Assembly (NCBI RefSeq): GCF_009834535.1
Contig: NC_045697.1
Location: 50,222,001-50,286,000 of the forward strand
Source: Camelus ferus
Taxonomy: Eukaryota
DNA: 64,000 nucleotides
Reading direction: 5' to 3'
Notes under the pieces: model-generated
Told to the model about the DNA's origin: nothing
Databases searched by the model: none
The model's input: only the letters and a program-made list of their open reading frames with translations
Shown: positions 21,891 to 35,095 of the stretch, in pieces
Layout: every line of letters begins with the position of its first letter
Position numbering within the stretch: position 1 is the stretch's first letter
Position numbers and translations under genes: made by a program

Positions 21891-23900
21891 ACTCTGCCCA
21901 TCCCCTGGCTCCCCAGCATCCTCTCTGGCCTTTCTTCCCTATCAGCGAACACATTCTCCCTTTCCCAAGGGAGACCACACTCAGTCTCATCCAGTTACCA
22001 TATCCAGCTCCAAGTTCAGAAACCTGCTGTGGCATGGTGTCCTCTGAATGGAGCTCATGCTCTAGTGACCCATAAAACAAAATTATCTGTCTTCAACATG
22101 CACAATATACGGTGATGGAAACAGTGAGCAAAGAGCTGTGTCTGGCTCACAGGCAACACCAAATCATGCTGGTGCAGAATTGCAAAGACTGTCTGTCTTG
22201 AAAGGGACTCTACTTCTTGGTTAACCAAACTGGCAGCCCCTCTCTGTGCCCCTGGGGAGGATTCTCATTATTCGTCCTCCTCCATGAACACAGGAAAGAT
22301 GCCCCACTTGGTGACTGCACATCGTTTTTAGCCCCTCCCAATGGTACAAGTTTAGGGACCCTGGTTTTGCTTTATGTGTTAAGTACTCACAAGCCTTGTC
22401 CACCAGGCCTGGGGTCCCCTGCCACCATAGTTTCTTAAACATTTAGTAGGCTTCTTGTCTATTTTCTCTGGGTTGATTCTATGTATGAAAAATCACAGCC
22501 AAAGAGCTTGCTCTTAGTGGTAGACATCTGTGATCTGCCCATCCTCCTCTCCTATGGATAATACAGCTTTTGCTTTAAGACAGTGGGGAAAACAGTCTCC
22601 ACTGGTGTGCCTGAGAGCATCCATGTGCCCCCTGCAGATCCACGATCTGTCTTCTTACTCAATGAGTGTATATTTCCCTTGCTCGAGCTCACATCGCTTC
22701 CCTTTACCCCTTGTCTATCCCACACGTTGGACACGCCTTAGCTAAAATATCCCCTTACTGTTTCTACACATTTTATTCTCTACCTTCATGTACATGCACA
22801 TGTCCAGTCTTAATAATAATAACAATAATGATAATAATAATAATAATAATAGCAAATGCAACCAGTTTATTAAGTGGGCTGAAGTCAGCAGGCTCACAAA
22901 CAAAAAAGGGTTTAGTTTGTTCCCACGTCTCCCTTTAAACATTTTGTTTCTGATCTCCCTTCTATACTTTGGATGTCATTTTTGACAGCTCTCACATATT
23001 TTCCGTTGACTTCAGTTCTTAGAAAAATAGCCATTTTTGGTGACTCTGACTGTCAGACCTTAAAAAATGTAGAAAAATCAAAATTTCAATCTCATATCCA
23101 ATTAAAAACTTGCCTCCCTCCCCAGTAATGGAATAGTGACCTTTGGTTTGGGGATTTCTATGAGGAGAAAGGGGCATGGTCTCTTTTTGTTCACTCTTTA
23201 ATCCTTGTAAACTCTCCTGCCCTGTCTTCTCCAGGGTTAGGGCAGAGGGAAGAATTGAAAAAAAAGGTGCAGAGTCATACCCTCCTGAAGCTGTAGTGAT
23301 GGGATTGCCAGTGTTTTCCATCACTCCTTGATGCAGACAGAGTATATCTAGGTGACTATTGAAACCCTTCAGATTTACCCCCTGACCACCTGGTAAACCG
23401 CCTCCATTCCAGTGCTGGCACTTCTGAATAGGGCCCATGTACAGCAGCTCATGCTTGGATATGTTTTGGCTATAATTGACCCATGGGAAATTCATGCATC
23501 CTGTATCACTGAGTGGTGGGACTGGACTTTGCCTAATTGCTGACCCTTCTCTTTTTGCTCCCCTCTCCTAGAATACACCAGCATTTCTTCTGCCTTTCAA
23601 CATGCTCCATGTGGAAACCAGCATCAACCTCTATGTTCTTGTAATCCATACATTCAAAGGTATCTATGTCATTCCCCCCCATTAATTCTCTCGGCGTGCT
23701 CTCCTTCTTTCTCATGGAAGCACCTGGACTTGCACTTCCATGGTTTAGTGAACAGGGGTGAGATATCCGTCTCCTCTTCCATCTCTAATAGCTGTTCTGG
23801 AGGTTTTTCCTTACTTGGCTTAGGTGAAGCGAAGAGGGCCCCCACTTGACCTCCCCACTTTACCTCCATGCATTCCATTCTCAACAGCCCTCCTTTTGAA
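21890..23900 (-). mobile_element. MaLR internal sequence (MLT1-int-like); distal half tentative
   Basis: minus-strand polypurine tract abuts the LTR; gtgacccataaaacaaaattatctgtcttcaacatgcacaatatacggtgatggaaacag resembles the MLT1-int 3' end; extent beyond ~22750 uncertain. Confidence 0.5.
22812..22851. repeat. (AAT)n imperfect microsatellite
   Basis: aataataataacaataatgataataataataataataata. Confidence 0.9.
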
Positions 23901-24094
23901 GGCCAAGTGTGCTTTAACAGAGCCTAGATGGAGTGATGGTCACAGCACTGGGTTTGCTCTCTTTGAATAAACTGCTTGGAAGTTGTAAAGAGCAGATGTC
24001 TTCAGAGAGTGTAGGGACATATCACTTGGGTTCCTAGCTATGAGGATTTAGCCAGAAAAAGCCAAAACACCTGGGGAAGTACCCTTGAACACCC

Positions 24095-24340
24095 AACTAA
24101 TTAATATTTATTGAGTGCTTATAATAAGCCAGCATTGCACTAAGATATTACATTGATTTTTAAAATTTATTTCTCACAACCCTATGAAGTAGGTATTATT
24201 ACTATTCCATTGTTCAGATGAGAAAATTGAGGCTCAGGTGAAGTTCTTACCCAAAGCCACATGGCTAACAAGTGTCTGAGCTGAAATTCAAAGCTCAGCA
24301 GTCTGACCCCCGAGCCAAGATTATTAGCCACAATGCTATC
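24095..24340 (-). mobile_element. MIR SINE, near full length
   Basis: atttattgagtgctta...ctcacaaccctatgaagtaggtattattactattccattgttcagatgagaaaattgaggctcag. Confidence 0.9.
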
Positions 24341-24454
24341 TTGCCTCCTTATCTATTTAAGCCCTCTGCATCCATTGGGATTTCTCTGTTAGATCAAATG
24401 ATGGTTCTCTTACTCTAATCTCTTTAAGAAAACCTGGTGAAAGCATTCTTTTAG

Positions 24455-24643
24455 TTGGGGGTTGGCAAACTACGCAGATTATTTTGGTAAAGAAAGTTTA
24501 ATTGGAACACAGCCACATCCATCTGTTTCTGGCTACTTTCACACCATAGCCTCAGGGCTGAGTAGTGAGCAGAGGCAATGTGGCCCATGAAACCAAAAAT
24601 ATTGCCTGTTTGGCTCTTTACAGGAGAAGTCTGCTGACTTCCC
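24455..24643 (+). mobile_element. MER58A hAT-Charlie non-autonomous transposon
   Basis: ggggttggcaaactac...aagttttaattggaacacagccac...ggctctttacaggagaagtctgctgacttcc. Confidence 0.85.
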
Positions 24644-24791
24644 CCACTCCCGCCGCTCTAAAATAGTCAGGAAGTTGACTCTAAATCTGTAAGTTACACC
24701 ATCAGCTGCATCACTTCAGATCCTGGGTCTGTCTCCTTCCTGTAAAATGGAGGATAGTGACATCTCCCTTTCAGAACTGGTATGAGAATTA

Positions 24792-24996
24792 CAGTTGACC
24801 TCAGAGCAACATGGAAGTTAGGGATGCTGCTGAAGATCCATGTGTAACTTTACAGTCAGCTCTCCACACCCGCGGTTCTGTATCTGGGGATTCAACCAAC
24901 TGTGGATCATGCCACACAGTGGTATTCATTATTGAAAGAAATCTTTGTCTACGTGGACCCATGCAATTCAAATCCTTGTTGGGCAAGAGTCATTTG
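24792..24996. mobile_element. Tigger2a-like TcMar MITE inserted in a MIR
   Basis: TA-flanked degenerate TIRs cagttgacct...agagtcatttg; internal gattcaaccaactgtggatc and gtggacccatgcaattcaaa; MIR halves at ~24690-24790 and ~24999-25075. Confidence 0.8.
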
Positions 24997-25083
24997 TAGT
25001 GTGTTATTATCCAACACACTTAGCACAGTTTCTGCTGGAAATAAGTTCTCAGTAATTGGCAGCTATTTTTGTTATTGTTCTCT

Positions 25084-25320
25084 TTTTTTATCAAAGTACA
25101 GTCAGTTTACAATGTTGCATCAATTTCCGGTGTACAGCATGATGTTTCAATTATATATATATATATACACATTTATTTGTTTTCATATTCTTTTTTATTA
25201 TAGGTTACTACAAAATATTAAATATAGTTTCCTGTGCTATACAGAAGAAACTTATTGTTTATCTATTTTATATATAGTAGCTAGTATCTGCAAACCTCGA
25301 ACTCCCTATTTATCCTTTGT
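25084..25320 (-). mobile_element. Short LINE-1 3' end
   Basis: aagtacagtcagtttacaatgttgcatcaatttccggtgtacagcat...cctgtgctatacagaagaaac. Confidence 0.9.
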
Positions 25321-26520
25321 TATCATCACCAATAAGATACAGATCAAGGACCCCACTTCATGAGATTTTATCAGGCCTAGCTTTGCTGGGAGCAACTTAC
25401 CTGCCTTTGGACATAGATTTCCCTCAAAGTCTCCTTACCACATAGCCTGATAGATAGCTCCCACCTCTCACCACCATTTGAAGCTCAGCTTCTGCCCTGA
25501 AATACAGGATTTTGAAAAATGCTTTTAGAATTGGCTGAATAGGTCATGATGTCCTTTCTACTTCATATTTCACAGAAGAGGGCTGGGCCTCTCTTCTATA
25601 AGTGCTCCTCCCTATTCAACCAAAGACTGGAGCACACATCAGTTGTCACTCAGTTTACTCACACCCCTGAGCAGGAACTGTCATATCTCAGCTAGCAATA
25701 CATCCCAGCTCCTTCAACTTAAGGGAGCTACGTTCTCAGTGAAATCTGAAATTATATGTCTTGGCTAGAATGGTTGTGGTAGACACATGTGGAGGGAAAG
25801 GGTGACTTCTAAGTAGATAAAGGGAGAGGGAATCTGGAACTCAAAATGCATATGCTAGCTAAGTACAGCAAAAGTTCAGCATGCTCATTTAGAAGCTGTA
25901 GGCTCTGAAATATTTGGAGAGAAAATTACGTTATTTTGCGAAGTATATTCTATCATTTTCTGGTTATGAAAGCTGATCCCTCTTGGTTCTTCATAAGGAA
26001 AACATCACAGATTGAAGAGTTGGGGGCTGTTGGGTACGAGGAAGAAAGTCAATGTCAGAGCAATGTGGAGACAGGGAAGCTGGTGAAGCTTAGGCTCATT
26101 TGGATGGCACTTTCCAAGGTCCTGTATCTAGTTTTGTATCCATAATTTTGTAATACTCATCCTAAAAAGGGTCCTGGAAATAGTGTAGGCTTCAGTCTCC
26201 CTGCAGCTTCGTTCTTTCCCAGGAAACCTTGAGGCATCGGGGAGGTGGAGAAATTGTTGTTCCTAGTGGCAGGAACCCAGAAGAAACTTTTAAGAACCAG
26301 TAGGGCTAGTTTAGATTTTAGGCTGACTGCAGAGCTACACTGAGATGATTTCTTCTGTACTCACACTTTTGGTGGCATGGTAGGAACTTCAAGAAGCAGG
26401 GAAACATCTGCTGGCCAGTAAACAGGTGAGGGAGAGGGTCATGTGAAATGAGATAAGATGCAGAAGGGTTCAAGAACTGAGCAGCAGACAGGCACTAAAG
26501 GTGGCTGGGAAAATGTTAAG

Positions 26521-26905
26521 ATCCTAGAGAAGATCATATTAAGTGAAGTGAGTCAGACAGAGAAAGACAAATGTCATATGATATCAATTATATGTGGAGT
26601 CTAAAAAAATGATACAACTGAGCTTATTTACAAAACCGAAAGAGATCCACAAACATAAAAAACAAACATGGTTACCAAAGGGGAAGGGTAGAAGGGATAA
26701 ATTAGGAATTTGGGGTTAGCAGATACAAGCAACTATATATAAAATAGATAAACAACAATGACCTACTGTATAGCACAGGGAACTATATTCAATATCTTAC
26801 AATAACCTATAGTGAAAAAGAATATGTATATAGGTATAACTGAGTCACTATGCTGTACACCAGAAACTAACACAACATTGTAGATCAACTATACTTCAAA
26901 AAAAG
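26521..26905 (+). mobile_element. LINE-1 3' end
   Basis: aagtgaagtgagtcagacagagaaagacaaat...gacctactgtatagcacagggaactatattcaata...caactatacttcaaaaaaa; TSD-like aatgttaagatcc/aaagttaaggtcc. Confidence 0.9.
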
Positions 26906-28516
26906 AAAGAAGGAAAGTTAAGGTCCCCTCTCCCTTGAATCTTTGGAGATTTCGGATTTTCCACTGTATGTGAAATAGATATTCTGCTTCCTTTATTTAT
27001 GTCTTAAAGGAGAAGATGACTCTTGAAGGTGGAGTACTTTGCAGCCATCTGCACCCCTGACACTTGGGATACGTCTTTAAGACAAACACAGGGAGTACTG
27101 ATTGCGGGCCACACTTGGGTTAATCAGAGGAGTCGTCCTGGGATAAAGAGTATGGTTCAAGCCGTGGTAAATTGAGGACACTGTTGGTGTTACTTTCTTA
27201 GGGGAGGTAACTAGCCCTTGTCGATGGGAATTAACAGAAGGCAAACTGGGAATGAAAGATGAAGACAATTCAGGAAAGAAATAAAGAGCCTGTGAAGCTT
27301 TCTGTAAAAGAAACCAATGTTTAAAAGGAAGTTTCAGTTAGTTGACAACCTTTTCAGAGTCCATGCCCTACAGAATCAATTATACTTTCTGCTCTCCGAT
27401 TACACTGGATAAAAATGCCTTTTACTGCACATTGTTTATGTGTTAAGTTCTCTGTTCTAGGGCAGGAGAGAAGACTATGGATAGTTACTGAAAGAGTGTA
27501 TTGCGTGTGGTGAACATTTAATACTGAAAGACATGGAAAGGACGGACAACTAGAGGTCTGTCCACCCTGGGTCTTTGGAGCTCCTTAATCCTCCGTGTCT
27601 AGTGAAGTTTCTCATGTTTCTCACTATGTGTAAATAAACGCCTTAAAAAGTCATCATTCCACTCAGTAAGGTAAGAGCTTTGGATGTAATATGCTTCTGA
27701 AATTGCCCACAAATGTTCTTCTATTTTTGATAAAGAGGTGCTATAAAGATTCCTTTTAAAATACTCATCTGTCATAAGCATTTGCAGGCTTCCACTTCAA
27801 AAGGCATTTTAAAAATTGTTGATGAAATCTCTTCTCTGTAAAAAGTCTTTGTCTGGCCTAATTTTCAAGCCTCTGTCCCATCCTCTCAGCTTCCTGGAGC
27901 TCTGCCCTGTCTGGTCAGACATTTCCCTGGAATGGTTGCAGGTTTGCTGGCATTCCTCTGAGGACAGAGATGGATGAGGTGTGTGGGTTTGTTAATGTTC
28001 ACTTGGTATTTTTAGTCCATGGTTAGCAGAAGTAGAGGCCACAGCAGAGTGGCTTTTGTTGAATGTGAAATCTCACATCTCTCCCTGGAAGGTCGCTTTT
28101 TTTAGGAGCATCTGTTTTAACTGGCTGCCCTGCCGACAGGTCTGCTGTCGGAATCCTAGGGCTCACGTTGCCAGAAGCCTCCCTACTCCCTAAAAGGTTT
28201 GGTGTGTAGTCTGTCATAAGAATAGGCCTTAAAGCCTGCAATGATAAATTATTTAGTTAAATGTGTTTCTAAAAGGTGTGGATTTTTGTCCATCTTAGGA
28301 AGTATCTGCTAGAGAATGTCTTAGCTGTGGCTGTTCCCTGGTAGGCTCAGTCTAGTGCAGAATGAACACTAGGTTCCAGCTTCCAAGTCCATCCTCATCC
28401 TCATCCAAATAACACTTGGCAGCAAAACTGGTTTAAAGTTTCCTTACTTATTTTATTTTAAGATGAATGTATTTAGATTGGATGCATCTCTACTCTGTAT
28501 CTAAATGAAGGAAAAG

Positions 28517-28605
28517 GTGTATGTGTGCATGTGAGTGTGTATGTGTGTATGTGAGTGTGTACGTGTTCACACACACACACAATGCAGCACATATGTGTGT
28601 GTGCA
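28517..28605. repeat. Degenerate (TG)n/(CA)n simple repeat
   Basis: gtgtatgtgtgcatgtgagtgtgtatgtgtgtatgtgagtgtgtacgtgttcacacacacacac. Confidence 0.8.
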
Positions 28606-29839
28606 TCTTCAGCTCCACACCAAACACTTGTGCTGGACTTTCATTCCCATATCCCCACTGTTCATTTAGGTACCGAGGGTTCCACCCTTTGTTTTGCTTC
28701 ATGTGTCATGTGCTGTTGAAAAAAGGGTCATGGCGTCCTCACAAGACAGTTTGGATGGGCCTCAGCAAAGTCTTGGGGTGTGGTTGGGTGTTCCACTGGA
28801 TGGGTCACATGCATTATGTAGCGAACTGACCAGAGGAGGGGCATACCGCAGGGCAAGGAGACAACAGCTAATGTAATTCTTTTCCTCTGAAGGACCAAAG
28901 ATCTCTACATAGTTAGTCTCCACTGGCTTCATTGGCTAGAGCCGCCAGGAGAGCCAGGCTCCTGGGGCTGTCTCTGCTTTTCTCCAAGTGATCCTCCTTC
29001 ACTTTCCCAACAACCCAGGCAAGTTACCAGGGCTCCAAGGTCAGGGATCTAGAGAGGGAGAAGAAGTTTGGTTCTTTCCCTATTCTTTTTCCCATTCAAT
29101 TATTATGATGCAATCTCCAAGGTTCCTAAAGAACTTCCTTTTTGATTACCAAAAGATTATTGTAGAATTAAACCACACACACCCTCCCCTTGATAACACA
29201 GACTCTTTCTTCCTCTTTATTTTTGCTTCAATAATATTACTTCTCTTTTAGGCATTGGGAATGCCTCCAAGAGAGTAATGGAAAGGCCACGTTCAAGGAA
29301 ATGAGAAAGGAAAAGCACAAGAATTAGTATATTGTACTAGGACTAAGTACATTTAAATATGTGTGCAGTGTTGATCTTGAAATCCAGGGATTATTTCATA
29401 AACTGAGTTTCAAAAGAAATTAACTTAAAAAATTGTTGATTTCTGGCAATATGGCAGATTACATACTCTGAACACTCTCTTGCTGAAAACAACACATGAT
29501 GAATATAAAAAAAGAATCTTTTAAAGTATATCACTGAGCTAGCAAGCAAGTGAGAAATGTAAAATCTGAGGCTTGGATTGAATATGTATCCCTTAAAGAG
29601 GTTTCACATTCACTTCATCTGACTGCTAGTACATAAGCTTCACAGGGGCAGAACTTCTGTCTGTTTTATTCTCTGCCCAATCCTTTCTATCTATTTCAGA
29701 TAATAGGTGATACTAGACACATAACAGGCAATCAAAATTACTTATGGGACCAATGAATAAAGAAATCCCCAGAAGAGCAAGGCTTTTCACCTGTTATAGA
29801 CAAGCCAGTTGGAATGAAAGTTTATAGGCAAACAAGGAG

Positions 29840-30652
29840 AAGGCTAGAATGATTCATGTAGCAATGAATTATAGTTGGAGATATCAATATTAACTATAGT
29901 TTACATTAATACAGATGGATAACTATGTAAATATTTATTGATAAGCTCATATATCACCTTGCCCCATAAATTGAGAGGGACTTGAAGCAATAATACCACA
30001 CTGGCAACCAGCATTGTCAACACCTGGATGTTGATTTTAAATATCATTCTCCAGTAAAAGGATCCAGGAATTCATGGAGAAATGGCTGATTCTAGGACTG
30101 GGGCAAGAAAATACATAAGATGAGCCTGTTACATCTTATAGGGTCAGAAAGTAAGAAAGTGCAGCAACAACAAAACTTCACAATCATGGGGTCAAGCGGA
30201 AAGAGGATCATACTGAAAGAGCCCCCAGTGATCAAATCTGGAGCAATTCCATCAAGAAAATAAAGTAGCATTGTATTATAACTCAAAGTATGGAATATAT
30301 ATCCATTAGTCTAAACTGATATAAGTAAACAACTGAATACACACACACATACATACATACATGGGAGAAATGAGACAAAAATCCCATGGAGAAGAATTTC
30401 AAATAAAGCATGTAGATACTCTTCCCTCAGAGAAGTGAAGCATACTCCTCACGTATGGGCTGCTATGGTGACTTCCTTTCAAAGAGCACAGTATGTCCAG
30501 TCAGAAAGTAGTAACTGCACAGCGGAGAAACCTGACAAACATTACCCCAGCCAGGTAACCAAGGTTAACATCATCAGTGATAAGTAATCAACAATATATA
30601 TCCTAGATATAATGTGGGGATAAAGGTATTTTACCTTTGTGGTCTTCCTCCC
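29840..30652 (+). mobile_element. Old LINE-1 3' UTR (L1MC/L1MD-like)
   Basis: attctccagtaaaagga...ggagaaatggctgattctaggactggggcaagaaaat...ggagaaacctgacaaacattacc. Confidence 0.8.
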
Positions 30653-30654
30653 CT

Positions 30655-32330
30655 ACAAACCAAAAATCTATAACAGATACACACACCCAGGAAAGAAAAA
30701 GGGATCCAAACACAACAAGAAAGATAAACTTCAAATCACAAGAAAAGAGAGAAAAGAAGAAGAAAGGAACAAACAAGAACTATGAAAAAAAAAACCAGAA
30801 AACAAGTAACAAAATGGCAGTAAGTACATACCTATCAATAATTACTTTAGGACTTAGTGCCTCAATCAAAAGACAGAGTGGCTGAGTGGATACAAAAACA
30901 AGACCCATATATATATACTCCCTACAAGAAACTCACTTCAGATCTAAAGACATGCCCAGACTGAGAGTGAGGGGATGAAAATGAAAATCAAAAGAAAGCT
31001 GGGGTAGCAATACTTACGTTAGACAAAACAGACTTTAAAATGAAGACTATAACAAGAGAAAAAGAAGGACATTACATAATGATAAAGGGATTGATCCAAA
31101 AAGAAGATAATAAAATTATAAATATATATGTACCCAACATATGAACACCTAAATATATAAAGCAAATATTAACAAACGTAAAGAGAAAAATTGACAGTAA
31201 CACAGTACTAGTGTTAAGGGGACTTTAACAATCCACTTATACCAATGGACAGATCATCCAGATAGAAAATCAGCAAGAAAATACTGGCCTTAAATAATAC
31301 ATTAGACCAGATAGACTTAGTAGATAATATAGAACATTCCATCTACAGGCAGCAGAATATATATTCTTTCCTATGTTCATTGCAGTATTATTTACAATTG
31401 CCAAGATATGACAGCAACCCAAGTGTCCATCAACAGATGAATGGATAAAGAAGATGTGGTATGTATATACAATGGAATATTATTCAGCTATAAAAAATAA
31501 AATCTTGCCATTTTTGACATCATGGATGGACCTAGAGGTTACTAAGTGCTAAATGAAGTGTCAGACAAAGAAAATACTGTATGATTTCACTTATGTATGG
31601 AATCTAAATAGCAAAACAAATGAACAAACATAACAAAACAGAAACAGAGTCATGCAAAGAACAAACAGGTAGTTGCCAGAGTGCGGGGGGAGAAGGGGGA
31701 ATAAGAAAAATAGGTGAGGGAGATTGAGCAGCATAAACTTCTAGTTACAAAATAAATTAGTCACAGGTATGAAATGTACAGTTCGGGCAATATAGTTGAT
31801 AATGATGTAATTTTTTGTATGGTGACAGATGGTAACTAGAGTGTCATGATGACCACTTTATAATGTATAGAAATACCATGTCAGTATATTGTGCACTAAG
31901 AATGAAAATCACATTGTAGGTCAATTATGCTTCAAAGACAAACAAACTCATAGAAAAAGTGTCTAGATTTGTCATTGCCAGAGGCATGGGCTGGGGGGGA
32001 AGGAGAATTGGTGGCAGGTGGTCAAAGGTTACAAACTTCCAGTTATAAAGTAAATCAGTGCTAAGGATATAATACATAACATGATTAATATAATTAACAC
32101 TACTCTATGTTATATATGACATTTGTTAAATGAGTAAATCCTAGAAGTTCTCATCACACAGAAAATAATTTTTCCTCTTTCTTTATTTTTGTATTTTTAT
32201 AAGATGATGGATATTCACTTAACTTACTGTGGTAATCTTTTCATGATATATATGAGTCAAGTCATTATGCTGCACACCTCAAGCTTACACTTATATCTCA
32301 AAAAAACTGGAAGAAAATAAATAAAATTAA
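30655..32330 (+). mobile_element. LINE-1 (L1_Art/L1MA9-like): inter-ORF region and ORF2 endonuclease start joined to the 3' end by an internal deletion
   Basis: ORF2 start atggcagtaagtacatacctatcaataattacttta (MAVSTYLSIITL) near 30813; jump near 31369 to cctatgttcattgcagtattatttacaattgccaag; artiodactyl-type 3' UTR follows. Confidence 0.85.
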
Positions 32331-32559
32331 GATATATGTTCTCCATTTTTTTCCTAACTACAAATAGATCTCAGAAAATTAATTTGCTAAATGCTTGCAG
32401 AAGCTTTTTTTCTTTTTAAAGTTACTAATTAGCAGTGACAGACACTGAATTTGCTTGGAAGATCAAAACAAAAGATACAACAAATGGAAGTACAGACAAC
32501 TCGGAGAGAAGATGTTGGTGGAAATCCTCAAAGATTTGAGACGAGTACACTTTGTTCAG

Positions 32560-33728
32560 GGGCATTTGGGTTGCTTCTACCTTTTGGTATTGTGATTAAT
32601 GCTACTATGAATGTGGGTGCACATATATTTGTTTTAGCTCCTGCTTTCACTCCTTTTGGATATTCATCCAGAAGTGGAATTTCTGGATCATAAGGGAATT
32701 ATATTTTTAAATTTTAGAGGAACTTCCATATTCTTTTGTATAGTGCACCATTTTACACCTCACCATGTGCTGACAGCGCACAAGCCTTCCAGCTCCTCCA
32801 CATAATTGCCAATACTCAAAAAACTTTTAAAATAGCATCCATACTAATGGATGTGAAGTGGCATCTCATGCAGTTTTCTGTTGTGTTTCCCTAATGATTA
32901 GTGATGTTGAACATCTTTCATGTGCTTGTTGGTCGTATGTTTATCTTCTCTTGAGAAATGTTTATTCACATCCTCTGCCCGTTACTATTTTTTAAAATTT
33001 TTATTGAAGTGTAGTTGACTTAAAACGTTAATTTCAGGTGTACAGCAAAGTGATTCAGTTATACATATATGTACATATTTTTTTTCTTTTCAGAGTCTTT
33101 TCCATTATGTTATTACAAGATATTGAATACAGTTCCCTGTGGTATACAGTAGGTCCTTGCTGTTTATCTATTTTATACATAGTAATGTATGTCTAATTTA
33201 TTGCTCCTCGCCCTTTCCCCTTTGGTAACCATAGCTTGTTTTCTATGTCTGTGAGTCTGTTTTTGGTTTGTAAATAGAATTCGTATCTTTTTTTTTCAGA
33301 TTCCACATATAAGTGATATCATATGATATTTCTCTGTCTGACTTACTTCACTGAAAATGATAATCTCTAGGTCCACCCATGTTGCTATAAATGGCATTAT
33401 TTTATTCTTTTTTATGGTTGAGTAGTATTTCATTGTATAAATATACCACAACTTCCTTATCCAGTCATTTGTTGATGGGCATTTAGGTTGCTTCCATGTC
33501 TTGGCTGTTGTAAATAGTGCTGCTATGAACATGGAGGTGCACATATATTTTCAAAGTATAGTCTTCTCCAGATGTATCTTTGCCCATTTTAAAATCAAAT
33601 TCTTGTTTTTCTGTTACTGAGCTGTAGGAGTTCTTTACATATTCTTGATATTAACCTCTTACCAGATATGATTTGCACGTATTTTCTTCCATTCCCTGAG
33701 TTGCCTTTCCACTCTCTTGATTGTGTCC
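32560..33728 (-). mobile_element. Older LINE-1 ORF2 3' fragment (L1MB-like), interrupted by a younger L1
   Basis: ttccctaatgattagtgatgttgaacatctttcatgtgcttgttgg; resumes after 33577 with gatattaacctcttaccagatatgatttgc. Confidence 0.8.
32988..33575 (-). mobile_element. Younger LINE-1 3' end nested in the older L1
   Basis: ORF 33296..33544 ([34 protein letters not shown]) is the L1 ORF2 C-terminus; TSD-like atcctctgcccgtt/atctttgcccatt. Confidence 0.9.
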
Positions 33729-33729
33729 T

Positions 33730-35095
33730 GCCCAGCTGATTTTTGACAAAGGGGCAAAAATCAATGGAGGAAGGAAAGCATTTTCAACAGGAGATGCTGG
33801 AGTAATTCAACATTCAGAGGCAAAAAAATGAACCTCAACTTAAGTTTCAAATCTTATACAAAAATTAAGGGTCACAGTCTTACACATGCAACATAAAACT
33901 ATAAAACTTTTAGAAAAAACCAGGAGGAATTCTTGGGGATCTAGGGCGAAAAATTCTTAGACTTGACACCAAAAGTATGGTCCAGCAGAGGCAAAATTGA
34001 TAAATTTGACTTCATCAAAATTTAAAACATTTTCTCAGTAAAGACTTCATTAAAAACTTAAAGACAAGCTATAGACTTAGAGACACTACTTGCAAACCAC
34101 ATGTCTGACAAAGGGCCAGTATCTAGCATATATAAACAACTCTCAAAGCTAAAACAAACAAAAGTTAAAAACAAACCAACCAACCAATCAGGAAATAGGC
34201 CAAAGACATGAAGAGACAATTTTGAAGGGGATAATGGCAAATTATCACATGGAAAGATGCTCAGCACCTATAGCCATCAGTTAACTGCCAATTTAAACCA
34301 CAATGTGATGTAAGTATCAATCTATTAAAATGGCTAACATGAAGAACAGTGACAGTGCTGGCGAGGATGCATAGACACTGGATGGCTCAGACACTGCTTT
34401 TGGGAGTACAAGATAGTATGGCCACTTTGGAAAACAGTTTAGTAGTTTCTTAAAAAGCTAAGCAAGTACCTACCCAGCAGTTGCACTCCTGGGCATTTAT
34501 CCCAGAGAAATAAAAATTTATGTTCACACAAAAACCTACACATGGATGTTTATAGCAGCTTTATTTTCAATAACCCCAAACTGGAAAAACCAGGTGTCCT
34601 TCATTGGGTGAATGGATAAAGTGTGGTGCAGTCATACTGTGGGCTACTACTCAGCAAGGAACAGGAACAAACTGGTACACACAACAATCTGGCTGATTCT
34701 GCAGATCATTATGCTAAGTGAAGAAAGCCTTGTCCAAAAGGTTACATACTATATGACTCCATTTACAGAATCACATTCTTGAAATGAAATGACAAAATTA
34801 TAGGCATGTAGAAAAGATTAGTGGCTTCCAGACAGTGAGTGAGGGCAGGAGGGCAAAGCGTGTGGCCAAAAAAAGGGCAAAATGAGGGGTCCTTATGGTG
34901 ATGAGAATTTTCTGTATATCTCAATGTCTCCATCTGCAGTAATCTCAATAATCTGGTTGCTGCATTATCCTATAGTTTTGTAAGATGTTACCACTGGCAA
35001 AAACTCAATGAAGGGTACACAGAATCTCTGTATTATTTCTTACAACTTCATGTTAATTTATAATTATCTCAAAATTAAAAGTTCAATTAAAAAAG
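33730..35095 (+). mobile_element. LINE-1 ORF2 3' part plus 3' UTR (L1MC1/L1MB-like)
   Basis: ctgatttttgacaaaggggcaaaa...gcactcctgggcatttatcccagagaaataaaaatttatgttcacacaaaaacc...attatctcaaaattaaaagttcaattaaaaaa. Confidence 0.85.

Noticed and set aside
32560..35095. Head-to-head L1 pieces meeting at ~33730 as one twin-priming inversion
   Set aside because: The two pieces cover overlapping parts of ORF2 and differ in sequence, so they are more likely independent insertions.
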